A stretch of DNA of 61,186 bases, counting the filler. It is 9 parts of 9 records of this genome, joined end to end, with 100 filler letters (N's around TTAATTAATTAA, not from the genome) between each part and the next. Parts side by side here need not be neighbours in the genome. Positions count along the whole stretch, not along the records: positions 35,278 to 42,855 come from SRR7504441_2783; positions 42,956 to 56,513 come from SRR7504441_2784; 7 more parts are not named here. One strand, given 5' to 3'. The translations under genes were made by a program, and so were the position numbers. Of the stretch, positions 35,697 through 48,900 are shown piece by piece (the stretch's first letter is position 1; the number at the start of each line of letters is the position of its first letter). The notes beneath the pieces were generated by a model, which had not been told where the DNA came from, did not search any database, and was given only the letters and a program-made list of their open reading frames with translations.

Positions 35697-38600
35697 TCAT
35701 GCGACCGCGCCGCCCAAAGTATTGTGCACTCCGACAGGGCCATTGGAGTCGAGCTGAGCAGGTCGCTCCTTGACCGCATTCTCGTGCTGAGCCATGTAGT
35801 CCTCGATCTGAGCCATTTTGTCCGCATCGTTCACTGGTGCGGTGCCAAACCCTCGAGCTACCCCAAATAGTGCCACGGCCTCGCTCACTCTATCTGCCAT
35901 CATGAGCAGCTGCAGCGGTGCCAGCAGCTGCCCTGGGCACTCGGCCTCTCGGCTGGCGAGGAAGCCCACAAAGGCTTGCTGGTGCCTGCTCGATCCGTGC
36001 TCCAGCTGCAGGTGCCACCTGCTGGTCTGCACGTGCTGGTACACCAGCAGTGTCAGGTGCTGCAGCCCGACCAGTTGGCCGTTGGGAGCGGAACATGCGG
36101 GAAGCTGGGCCAGAAGTTCGGGCAGCATCGTGGCACTGGCCTCCGCCAGCAGGGCCCGCATCGCCATCTCCCTCCCATGAGACGAGTCAGCCACACACAG
36201 CGCGCACTGCACTGCCAGCCCGGGCTCGCCTGTGTTCATCAGCGCGCCCACCAGCCTCTCTGCGTCCAGCGCCACAGGTGCTACACTCGCCAACGGGGAC
36301 GAGCCGAGCTGCTGCAGCGCCAGGGTCACCCCGTCGTGCTGCTCGGCGGCAAGCTCGGACGGCTGGTCAAAGAGCAGCTGCTCGAGTGGTGCCAGAACTG
36401 ACTTTTGCCATGAGCTGAGCAGGTTCTTGATCCGACCAGACACACAGGCTTGCCGCCGGATTCGAACTAGGCGGGCAATCAGGCCCAGCAGCCGCGGAGA
36501 GGGCGGCAGCACGGCTAGCAGGTCGCCCCACACGCCCGAGTCCGAGACTTGGAGCTCTAAAGCCAGCTCGGCCAGTTTGATGGCCACCTCCGGTCCCTCG
36601 TCGGAATCCATCTTGTGGTTGAGCTCCTTCCAAAGCGACTTGATCATCCCCACCTTGGAGCAGGATTCGAGCTCATCGGCGGTGATGCTGACGCCCAGAG
36701 CCTCCAGCACCATCATCTGGCTGCAGATTGTGTACCTCTCCTGCAGTTGAGCCTTGGGCACCGACAGATCCTCGCCGCAGCTCCCGAGAACTGCAGCTAG
36801 TGCGTGGCAGCGTGTGGCTGCGTTCACACTCATGTCAGTGGAATAGCTCAGTTGTACCAAGTCCTCTGCTAGCTGCACTTGGCTCTCCATGTCACTATGC
36901 TGCACCAGCTCTCCACAACGCCTGCAGATCTCCGGCTCCGCACTACGAATAAACTGCTGGAGCAATTGGCTCCTCGCCTCATAAGCACTCATCTCGAGCA
37001 CAACCGCCACCTCGTCTATCAACTGTCCTGTCTCAGCCCTCGCTTCAAACAGCTCGTTGAGCACTTCTGCCGAAGTAATATCTCCATCTGTCTTGTGCAG
37101 CCATTGAGCTGCGATATCGGCCAGCCCGTGCTGCTCCAGCACAGCACTGAGCTTCACCCGCACCATCCAATCGCATAGATCCTTTTGTGCTGACTTGGCC
37201 TCGGCAACTTCGGCCTCCTCATTCAGGTCGTCCAACCAGCGCTCGACCATCTGCAAAGGCACATGGAAGGCCGCTATCCGGCTGGCAGCTGTGTGCAGTC
37301 CGTTTTGGTTAGAGTTCAGGCTGGCCATAGCCAGCTTCTGTGAGAGCTTGACCGCTCGCTTCACGTCCTTGATGCCTAGAAGCACGGTCGTGTACTGTGA
37401 GAGCCTCTCTGGAGGGTTACTGACTGGCCCAGCTTGGTCCTCCTCCATCATCTTCTCCACTAGGCAGCCCCGCAGCTGGTCTGCACTCATTTGAACGCAC
37501 ATAGCCACAGGCAGCAATCGGTCAAACGATTCGACAGTGAGCTCCCGCTTGACCACATCAGCCCCTGACTTGAGCATCGAGTGGAACGGCAACCGCGTTT
37601 CGGCAAGATCCGACTCGCCGAATTCTTGCTTCTCCTCCTCGCTGGGGGCGACAGTCCGATTGTAAAGCATGAGCACCTCCTCGAGCATCACGACACTCCG
37701 CTTGCACATGTCTCGGATCCCCTTGTCAGTCGCACAGTGCTTAAAGAGCCGGATCAGGAAGACCAGCCGCTCGTAGTCGTATGCGTTTGCCTTGTTGAGC
37801 ACTTGACGGGACTGGATCATCTTGGCAAGGTCTGCTGGCGGCAACTCGTCCACCACGCTCAACGTGAGTTCTTGCCAATCCGGCCTGCAGGAGAGCACGG
37901 CCGCTTCTGCAACCAGCAGCTTGCACTCGGCAGCTTGCATGTCGAACTGTTCTCCAAACCGGACACACTGCTCTGTGCGGCACTCCTGGTGATGCAGCAT
38001 CGCCATCAGAGTGCTCTCAACCGCGCTCCGGCTGACGGATACAGGCTTGCCGTCAGCATCGCGGTTGAGTGCCTGGCTGTATGCTGAAGTGTCAATCTGC
38101 AGCGAGTGCAACTTGCCCAGCATGAGCGCACGTAGCCAGAGCGACTGCTGCGTTTCTGCCTCCTCGCGCCACTCCGGGTCTGAAGACTTTGCGTCTTCAG
38201 AGCCGGCGAGGCGCTGGGCGGCGGACACGCAGCTTTCGAGCAGGCAGGCCGCTCGCCGCCAGTCAGGTGAGCTGCCACCACAGCACCCGGCGGCCAGCTT
38301 CTGTAGCTGTGCGAGGTCTGGCGTGTTAGAGGTGTACTCTTGGAGCAACAGGTAGCCCATTGCCAGGGTGGTATCGTGCTGCCTGGCCCGAGCAGTCTTG
38401 TTCACCAGATTGTTTGTCACTGCATGCAGCGAGTCCACGAGCATGTCACCCGACTCGAACATGATCCCAGATTGGCAAACAACCGACGACCCGAATCGCA
38501 GCGCAGCGTGGTTGGCCCCGAGCTTGGCGAGGTAATCCACGAGCTTGACAGTGGCGTCCAGCTTGAGCTGAGGCTGTCGCCGCTGCATTTCGCTCGGCTC

Positions 38601-41600
38601 GTCGCCCATTGCAGCGTCGTGGTCATCAGCCCTGGCACCCTCCTTGGCTCGCCGTGCTAGCTGCTGCGACTCGACAGAAAGCATCTCCTCCCGGGCAAGG
38701 GCGAGCTGGTGCATGGTCTTCTCGAGCGGCAGCATGCACGCATCCTCATGGTACTGGTCGAGGTACGTCCGGGGCACCTCGCTTTGCATGTCCTCCTCCT
38801 CGACAGTGTCGGCGGAGTACGCGCTCAGGTCACAACGGGCCAACACCTCGAGTGCCAACTCGGTGTCGGTGAGCAGTCGGATGCACTCTGGGAGCGACTC
38901 GGTTGAGCACACGGCAGCCGCGTCCTGCAGGAGTTTGTGGAGCCGGACCGGCATGGCCACTACGTCTCGCACGTGCCGCCGCTGCTCAGGCGAGGGCGAG
39001 CCAGGCGGCTTGCTGTCATCGAGCAGCCAGCTGGAGCTCTGCTTGTGAAATTGGGCCAGCAGCAGGCTCGAGGCCTGACAGATCACGCGGGCCATTTCCT
39101 CGCCCTTGGCCAGCTCGTTGCTTGGCTGGAGAGCCATCGTGAACCGCTGTGCCAGCAGCTCACACGCCTCCAGAGCTGAGTAGGGCGAACCTACCTGGAC
39201 TGCTTCCAGCGCCGCCACACGCAGACCGACTGCACGGGGCAACTGGAGAGAGTCAGCAAGGCTGAGCACTTCTGCAAGCGTCAGAGGTTGCCCTTCGGCC
39301 GCTGCAGTGGCCAAATACGCCTGCCTAAGCACTTCCTCTCGCAGCCTGGGAGTGGCCAGCTCTCTCATCGAGACACACAGTGCACAGCGGTCTTGCAGCA
39401 TAGCAATCGCATTGAGCTTGTGCAGCGTCTCAAGAGGCATCCAGCTCGCAAGCTGAATCGCCTTGGCCAGCGCAGCCTGCTGGGCCTCTAGCGGCTCGCC
39501 GTTGTCCTGGCCCATGTCCTCGAGCAGCCCGCTAATCACGTGTGTGGCTGCTGCTTGTGCGTGTGTCGGGTCCATTGCGGCGAGTGCCTTCTGCATCTGC
39601 TCGCAGCCGTGGTGCTGCAGCTGATTCTGTATCCACTCGACTCGCAGAGCCGCCCTGTCTATGTGAGAGTACACCGCAGCCACTTGCATGGCGTCCTCGA
39701 GCGGATCGAACGAGCCGGTGTCCACTTGGGCCACAATGTGCAGCACCAGCGCCGAGGCCTGCTGTGTGTCGGCCACCTCGAATCGGCGCACCCCGTATCG
39801 AAGCAGCAGCCGCCTCAGCTTGAGGAGCTTGACCTGCTGCTCGAGCAGTTTCCTCAGCCGGACCGCATCGCTCCCTGCGAGCGGCTCCAGGCAGTCAGTG
39901 AGCAGCTGCTCAAGTTCGCCAAGCTGTGCCACGCTCCTGACAGAGTCCGCGCACGGCAGCAGCTGCACGATTGTGAGCGCCGCCGATGCGCGGGCACTCG
40001 GGTCTGAGATCGAGCGGCAGGCGGCCACCGCCCGGTCGAGAAACCCGTTGCTCTCGTCGTGCAGCTCAATCATCTCTTGCACGTACTCGGAGAGCACTTC
40101 GTCTGCGAGACAGTCCGAGTACTTTGAGAGGTACGGTCGGATCCTACTCTCCACCTCAGACGAGAGCAGCTCTGCTGATGGGACGTTGTCGAGCAGCCGG
40201 AGCCCGACCTCGGCCTTGGAGAGCTGCTCGAGCTCGGCCAGTCTGAGCGTGACCCCGCACTGCTCCTGCAGCTGGACCAGCTCGTCCAAGTGCCCGGCGA
40301 GCTGAGTCAGGCTGAGCGGTCGCTGGTGGATTGACACAGCCGCGTCGATCGCGTGGCTCAGCGCAGCCACCAGAGGGAGAGATGCCTTGCTTTGCTCAAG
40401 CATTCTACACTGGCGCTCAATCCACGGCGCGAGCGCCAGGAGCGTGGCATCGTCCATCAGAGGGAGCATTTCGCTCGAAATCCACTCCACCAGCGGGAGA
40501 CTGAGCGAGTCGACACTCAGAGCGGACATCATCTGCCGCAGGCTCAGCCGGGCTAACTATCAAGCCGGCGCACCGTCTCGAAGCTGCCCTCGGGGCAATC
40601 GAGTAGCGTTGGGCTGTGCCGGGCCCAGATCACTCGGATGGCGTGCAAGTCACCATGAGACAGGTATCGCCGCATGATCGGACTCAGTCCGAGCTCACTG
40701 AACAGCTGCCAGGCCGGCCCACTGAACGGCACTTCGCCAATCAGCACGTATGTGCCGAGCAGTTGCTCTAGCATGTCCACTTGGGCCATCGTCTCCTCCA
40801 GCTTGGCCTCCGCCGCCATCGTGCTCGCCAGCTTGAGCAGCTTCTCACAACTAGAAAGAGCCGCCGGGAAGCAGCCGAGCAACAGCTCGAGCGCCACCTC
40901 CGGGTCCTCCACCGCCTTGAGCTTCTCGACTGCCAGCTCGACCGGCTCGTCCGGGTTGAGCTCGAGCCGCTCCAAGTGGTGAGCTGCGAGAGCTAGCGTG
41001 ATCATTGTCTGGTCCAGACCTCGCTGAGAGACTAGCTCCTGCCCCGCACGGCTCGGATCACCGCAGCAAGCCCGGGCGGCACCTGCGCCGCATCGAACTG
41101 CCCGGCGCTGATCAGTTGCTGGATCCTGTGCTGTGGGACGGACGGCTGGAGAGCGTGCAGCCGCCACTCGCCTGTCGGGGCTTGCTCAGCGCAGAGCACG
41201 CGGCCGATCCCGTCTGTACAGCTGCCCAGCGCTGCGACCGATCCGAGCTGGAGCTGGCAGAGCTGGGCCCACGAGGGCAGCTGTCGGATGCTCAGCGTCT
41301 GGCCAGACCCGTCAGCCGCTCAGTCGTTTTCGGCTGAGACCTGGCTGTTTGTCGCAGGATCTGTCGAGAGCAGCGCCACCGTCAGCTGGCCGGAGCCGGT
41401 GCTGTCCGGGACCAGATCGAAGTCAGTCAGATGCGGGCACTCCCATCGGCGGACCACAGCCCAGATGCTCGTGTCCCACACCAGCAGTCCACAGCCCTCC
41501 TCGAGCGCGAGCATGTGTCGGGAGTCGCCCGGGCAGAAAAGCACCTTGCTCACTCCGAGCCCCGCCAGCGGCGAGCCCACCCGATCCAGATACTCGGTGG

Positions 41601-42484
41601 CGGCGCCGTCAGCGGCAGTCCAGAGGGTGACGGCCGACTGGTCCTGTGAGGCGATCGCCATGCATCGACTGTAGCAGGAAGTGAGTCCTGGGAGCAGTCC
41701 GAGGCCCACGACTCGATGCCCGTCCACGCCGGCCTGGGCCGCCAGGTCCACAGATTCCACCTGCGGTACGCCATCCGCCACAGTGATTTTGAATAAAACT
41801 CCTGTCGACGCCACCGCGAACAGGTCCTCGTAACCGCCAGCTGAGTCTGAGCAGCCCGCAAAGGAGAGAGCCGTGAACTGGGCGCCGTCCAGCACCGCCT
41901 GGCCCAGGGCTCGGGGCGGGCGCTGGATGGGGACGCGCCTCGGGGCTCAGCACCCGGTTTGACATCAGAAGCTCGCCGGAGCCGACGCTCAGGATGCGCA
42001 GGAAGCCGCACTGGTCGGCGATCACCAGCAGCGAGCCGTCCGAGGTCCTGGGGGCGGGTCGGCACTGGGGCCGGGGCCAGTGGCACCAGGCGGCGAGGAG
42101 TGGGGTGGGCGCCCGGTCGGTGGGCGGGTCGATCTCGTCAAAGTCCACTGTGGCCACGACCGTGTCGCACTCGGAGTCCTGTGACCGATGGTCAGAGGGG
42201 CCGGCCGGGCCGGGCGCACAAGCAGGTGGACGGTATCTCCAGCCACCACGCAGACGCCTTGCTGGGATGCCCACAGCCGGAGCGGGGCATTGGTAGGGTT
42301 TGGGATGAAAGCCAGTGTCTCGGCGCAGTAGGTGTCGGCCTGGGTGCGCGAATCAACCTGCCGCCCCGCTCAGCTCGGACAGCCCGCCGGTCATCACCTC
42401 GTGCCGCTGCTCCGCATCAGGAAACTCCACGGCTGCCCGGCCAGGGGACGGCGAGAGGCTGCCCGTCGGGGCAGATCCAGCCAT
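35697..42484 (-). CDS. KNTC1: Kinetochore protein ROD/KNTC1 (RZZ complex), N-terminal beta-propeller plus alpha-solenoid; several 5' introns
   Basis: The C-terminal SCSKVGMIKSLWK...AIKLAELALELQVSDSGVWGDLL matches Rod_C. The spliced RIQQLISAGQFDAAQ|ELVSQRGLD matches the KNTC1 post-propeller helix. Size is about 2,100 aa. Confidence 0.82.
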
Positions 42485-42855
42485 CGGTTTGATTTTTGAG
42501 CGTTTCTCCGTTCCGTTGCTGGTGTCTCTCGACCTTGATTGACTCCTCAAGCTCCTCCCGGGACACTACTCCAATTGCAAGGCCAGTCGCTAGATCCCGG
42601 CCGCAGCGCCAGAGTGCTCTGGGTCAGGGCGGCCAGGGCAGGCTGACCCAGATTTACCCGAATTTAAATCGTTTGAATCTAGTCGGTCTAATTAACACAG
42701 GCGCGTTTGATCTACGTTTGATCCGTTGGAACGCGCACGAGAGGAAGGCCTGCACCAGTGCACTCTGGTTTGCAAAGAATTTGTGATCGGGGTGCTGTAA
42801 TCGAGCCAATCCATAATCGGTCCACAATCAATCAATCAACTTGTCTAGCTCAACC

Positions 42856-42955
42856 NNNNNNNNNNNNNNNNNNNNNNNNNNNNNNNNNNNNNNNNNNNNT
42901 TAATTAATTAANNNNNNNNNNNNNNNNNNNNNNNNNNNNNNNNNNNNNNNNNNNN
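42856..42955. other. Artificial contig linker
   Basis: N-TTAATTAATTAA-N spacer. Confidence 0.98.
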
Positions 42956-45900
42956 GCCGTGGAGGAGGAGAAAGAGAGCGTTGCTGAACTGATGCACCGG
43001 GCCACAGCTGGCGCAGTACAGCTTTCGCGTGACTTGGAAGGGGCTGGACAGCCGATGCAGGCAAAGCTGGTACTCAATGCAGCGGCTTTCGCAAATAAGA
43101 CTTCGCAAATAAGCCGGGCAAAGCAATTGCTTGATGAAGTCACTCAAACGTTGCAGAGTGTGCAGCCTGAGCTGGCCTCCGCTGTAGCTCAGATGCGTCA
43201 GAAGCTCAATTCTGCAGCTAAGGTTGTCCAGCGGTACAACTACACGTGGCGCTGTAGGGATGTTGCATCAGGAATGCTCGAACAAGTGGCAGGAGACTTA
43301 CAGCGCGCCAAGCTTGGGGCTGATTCCAAGGCTGTGATGCACTGGGCTAGTGAAGCAGTCAATCGGCTCAGCAACATCAATCATGTTGCTAGTGAGCTTC
43401 GATTCCTCGCTCGGAAGCTGGTGTCGCGCGATCGGTGTACACGGCACCTGGTTCAAATGATTCATCAGGTGGCCACTGCCGCCTCTGAAAGGACAATTAG
43501 GCACTTCCAAATTGGTGCTTGGTGGTCTACAGGGTACAATGGCACCAATGCTACTAAGGGCACCCGATACTTTATTAAGACTGAAGCACTTTCTACAGCC
43601 ACAAAGCTGGCCGAGTCTGTGTGTCCTGGAATCCGGGCCAAAGCGACAGAGGTGGCAAGAGCAGCCGCAGACCGAGCTATTCATACTGTAGTGGGCCATC
43701 AAGGTGGCAGGCCAGTCTCTCCTGAGGGCAGTAGGCGAGCAGCAGAAGCTGTCATCCACACTGTTGCGGGGGCTGTAGAGGAGCTCACGGAACGACAGGC
43801 CAAGACTGTCATGTCTAAATTGACCCAAAAGGCGGCAGACGAGGCTGCCGAAGCACACTTGTTACTGAGAGCAACTGCTCTGCACAAAGGGGTTGGTCCC
43901 CGAGTTCTTGATCAGCTGGCGAAGCAACTAGCAGCACCTAGCTGGGAACCAATTGCCAAGCGCTGGGTCGGGATGCTTCCTGTTGATGTTCGTAGCGATC
44001 AAAACGCCAGTCAAATGATCTCCGAGGCAATCCATCAGACTGTAGTGAATATATCTCATCGAGCAGTGAATGAGGCTTTGCTTGATGATGTCTTTGTGGC
44101 CCAGCACAGGATAACTCGTGAGTTGTGCGCAACAGCATTAAATGGGATAACTAGCAGTGGCGGTGATGCGGAAGCAGCTGTAGCCAAGGCAATGGAAAAT
44201 CTGGAAGCGAAACTCTTCGACTATGCTAAGAATCGCATTCAGGTGCAGGGTGTCACAGCTGAATACTCTAGCAGAGGCCGGATCACTGCTTCTGTAGCAT
44301 CTGCCGCAGGGGAGGGTGTTGTTCAGTCTGAGGTTGGGCTGATGAAGATCTCTGTACGTGCAGTCGCTCGTGTTGTTGCTGGCTCAGTGACTGCTGCCGA
44401 AGCCAACAAGACAGCTGAAGACCTGGCTCCTAGAGTGTCAGGTCAGGTGCTTTCGGTCGCTCTGGGCGAGGTCATCAACAGCACCATGATCAAATATGGC
44501 ATCATAGATGAGATAGCGCCAGGAACACGCAATGCTCTCGTGGCTGCTGTGCAACCCGGCATCGAGAAAGCTATCGGTGATCTTGTTCACAATGATGTGG
44601 TGGTGGTGTTTAGCGGACTAGTGGAAGAATCATCGGAGCATCTAGCAAGAAAGGAGGCTGACGAGTTTGTGCGGCAAGACTACGTCCAACGGAACGTCCA
44701 GGGCCATATGGCTTCATTGGCTAATGGTGTGCGGCAGCCACTAGAACATAATCAAACGTTCTTGCGCAACGAAACAGAGTTTCGTGCTAAAGCCAAGGTT
44801 TTGAGACAGATACAAGCTCAATACAATGATTTGTTCGCGCTGGCTGCAGCTACAGCACGTACAAGTGTGGCTGAGCGAGCAATACAGTATCAGTTTCAAC
44901 AGTTTTGGAATCACGACTTGGGAGCGAGCAATACAGAATCACGACCGCGTGGAAAATTTACAGAGAAATTGGCGCATAGAGCAATGAACTCTATGATGAC
45001 GGAACTATGGGATCCGACTTGGGATGTGATCATAGCAGAGGACGGCGCATACAAGAGAGTAGAATGGCATGAAAGCATGAAGGAGGTCGGAACTCCTGCT
45101 GGAATGGCTGCAGCCCGAAATTTGTCCAGGGAAAAGCGGCCCGCGATCCAAGAACAAGTGTACAATGCCTCGCTCCCAAGGCTGTTGCGCAAGCTGGACC
45201 GCAAAGCCCAGGAGGGCAAGTGTCTTCCTATGTCTCAAGCTGCAGTGCAGTGCGCACCTTTGGAGGACTTGGGCTTCAACACTGCTAAGCTCTTGGTACC
45301 AGAGGAATTAGAGCAGGCCCTTCTTGATCAGGTCCAACCTGCAACCGAGAAGGCGATAATGAAGGCCACCGAAAACATCACAGTTACCGACGATTCAAAG
45401 AAAAAGGAGGCTGTTGCCAAGGAAGTCAGCGCCAAGCAGGAAAATGCGGCAGAACTATCCAAAAAGAAGCAGATTGAGAGGGAGAATAAAGAGAAAGATG
45501 CTGCTGAGCTGGTACTGAAGGCCGGGAATGAACAAGAGGTGAAAGAACGGTCTGCCAAGGAAAAAGCTGCGAAGAACAAGGTAAAGCGTGCTGAAAAGCA
45601 GCAGAAGGAGAATGCAGCCAAGGAAACGAAAGCTAAGGAAGTAAGTCAAAAGAAGACAGAGATGCGATTGAAGATGCAAGAAAAGAAATCCAAGGTAGCA
45701 AAAGAAAGTGCAGATAAGAAAAGAGTCCGAGAGCTCGCTGAAAAGAAAGCCGCAGAAGAGGCTCAAAAGAAGGAGGAAGTCAGGACGAAGGCAGAGCTGG
45801 CCACCAAGGAAAAATTACAAAAGGCAGACACCGAGGCAGAGTTGGCTGCAAAGAGGAGATCGAAGGCCAAGGAGATCGAAGAAAAGCAAGAAAGACAGCT

Positions 45901-48900
45901 CAAGCTCGCAAAAGCTGAGCTGACAGAGAAGCAGAAAGAGAAGGATTTCAAAGCTGCAGAGAGAAAGGAAACGGAGGAAGAGGGCGAACAAAAGATTAAG
46001 GCCGCGGCTCGCGAGAGAAAGATAAAAGACGACGAAACGCAAGTACAACTCGCCCGAGAGAAGCAACAGCTAGAAGTAGCACAGACGCGCGAGAAAGGGA
46101 CAAAGGCCACAGCTAGCAAAGAAATGAACGCAAAGGCGATTCAGAACCGACAGGAAACAGTCACGCCAACCGTTTCACCTACAGGAACTCCAAGCAAAGC
46201 TCCAACCGAAGTGCCAACTGCGACTCCAACTGAGTCGCCCAGCACCGCTCCAACAAAGACACCGAGTGCTGCCCCAACAGCTACACCAAGCATCGCTCCA
46301 ACTCTGAAGCCAAGTAGCGCTCCATCGATCGCTCCAAGCAGTGCTCCAACCGAAGTGCCAACCACCACACCCACTGGCTCACCAAGCACGACCCCTACAA
46401 AGGCACCAAGTGCTGCACCAACAGCTACACCAAGCAAAGCCCCAACGGCAGTACCCAGTGCTACACCATCCATTGCTCCAAGTGAAGCTCCGACGGCAGT
46501 CCCAAGTGCAGCCCCGAGCAAAGCTCCGACTGTGAAGCCAAGTTCCGCTCCGTCGATTGCGCCGAGTGAAACTCCAACCAACGCGCCAACCATCACGCCC
46601 ACTGAGTCACCCAGCACCGCTCCCTCAAAGCAACCGAGCGCCGCCCCAACAGGCACACCGAGCATTGCTCCAACTGCCCAGCCGACCTCTGCTCCAACAA
46701 TTGCTCCAAGCAGCACTCCAACAGCGGTTCCATCCACTGCACCTACCACATTTGCTCCGACCAAGCAAGGTGAAACCTATGCGCCTTCGGTTGCGCCAAC
46801 AACAGCTGCACCAAGTGATGCTCCAACTGTAGCCCCAAGCAAAGCGCCAACAGGTATGCCTACTGCGATACCGTCTACATCTCCAAGCCTAAGTCCAACT
46901 GAAGCCCCTAGTGCTGCTCCAACAAATGTGCCAAGCATTCCGCCAACTGTGAAACCGAGTTCTGCACCTTCCATTGCGCCAAGCCGGGCCCCCACAGCAG
47001 TCCCAACAGTTGTGCCAACAATAGCTCCCACTGCAGGGCCAAGCACCGCTCCGTCTATTGCTCCAAGCACGGCTCCGACCGAAGCACCAACTACTACTCC
47101 AACTGGGTCGCCAAGCATTGCTCCCACACGAAAGCCCACTGTTGCCCCAACAAAGACGCCAAACACTGCCCCAACTGCAAGTCCAAGCACTGTGCCGACT
47201 GTCGCTCCAAGTATTGCACCAACTGCGGTGCCAAGCGTCACTCCAACTGGAATGCCATCCACTGTCCCAACAGCAACACCTTCCGAAGCCCCGACAGCAA
47301 CTCCCAGTATTGCTCCAACTTTGGTACCTAGCATAGCACCATCTATAGCTCCCAGCATAGCTCCTACGGACGCTCCCACCACGCCGCCACCGTCGATCAA
47401 TACTGCACAGGAGCAAGCTGAGAAAGAGAGCGAGAGACTGGTTGCAATGGCCACGGAGAAAGAAGTGAAGGTCAAGCAAAGAGAAAAATCAGAGAAGCAA
47501 GAGGCAAAGCAGAAGCAAGCAGCTCTCGAAGAAGCTGAAGCTAAGCGTCAGGCACGGGAGGAAGAGCGAAGAATGAAGGAAGCTGCAGCGGAAAACGCAC
47601 TGAAGGAGAAACAAGAAAAGCAACAAGAGATGATCTACAAGGCCGAAAAGGTCAGCATAACATCATGTATGATTGCCAGTGATAGTTTCTATAGACCAAT
47701 ATGATTATTGTTGCTATTCTCAGGCAAAGAAGAACAGGGAGGCATTGGAGAGGCGTGAAAAATACGCGATGGAGAGAGAGCAGAAGGAAGAACAGGCATC
47801 TGAGGTCGCCAAAAAGTCTCGAGAGCGTGCCAAGAAGAAGGTGGAAAAATCTGAGAAGGAGGAAACAATCGAAGCATCGCGGAAGAAAGCCCTTGAGCAG
47901 GATGTTAGAGAAACAAGAACTAAGACTGAGAAGGCTGCAAAAGAGGAGCAACAGCAGAGAGCGAGAGCAGATGCCTCCGAAGAAAAGGAAAGTAAAGCGA
48001 AACATAGCGAGCGAAGAAGCTTGCGGGAGCTTGAGGAAAAAGCCACAGAGATTGGGCAGAAAGAAGCTGCGGAACGAGAGCGTAAGACTCAGGTCATTCA
48101 TAGCAGAGTGGGCTAGCTCTAATCTGGGCCGGTTGCAGGAGAATCTGGATAAGACTGAAGCCAAAACGAAGCACGGGGTCAAGCAAGAACAGCGTTCAGC
48201 TGAGTTGGTGGAAAAGACAGCTGAGAAGGAAATCAAAGGCAAGCAGGGGGAAAAGTCGGCAAAGGAGGCCCGCAGCACAAGAAATGAAATTGATGCGAAA
48301 TCGAGACAGCAGGGCAGGGAGCAGAGAAATAAAGAGCATGCCGAGAAGGAAGTCGAGTACAAAGCAACTATGATCGACAAGAAGAAGGTGTCCGAGCAGA
48401 CATTAAAAGCTGAGCAGAAAGAGAAGGAGATCGAAAGAAAGGAGCGAGAAGCGAAGGAAAACGAGCTCAAGACTGTTAAACGAGGAGAGCAAGATGCATC
48501 AGAACAGAGGGAGAAAGTTGCAGCAGGCGAACTAAAGGCTTCGTTGGAGAAAGGCCAAAAGCAGCGGGACAATACAGACGAGGTCAAGGCCAAGGAGTTT
48601 AGAAAAGAGCTTAATCAGAAACTCGAAGGTGTCCGAGAGCATTTGAAGTGGAGTATGATTCATAACGATGCGGTGAGTAAGGGCATCAAGGAGCGTGTGT
48701 CAAAGCAAGGGGCGAATGTTCTTGTTCCAGCCCTAAAGGTAACACCAGGATTGAGCATAGCGGCTGCAGAAACTGTGTCGATTATGGGGCCTCCCCCTAG
48801 TAGTGGAAAGAAGGAACTGGAGGCAGCCAAGAAAGAGAAGGAACGGCTGCAGAGGTTGATGGCCAATGCAAGTGGAGAGGAGAGAGCTAGGCTGGCCGCG

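Noticed and set aside
46160-47395. CRISPR-like or satellite array
   Set aside because: It is a 12-nt-period coding repeat with synonymous divergence and no repeat-spacer structure.
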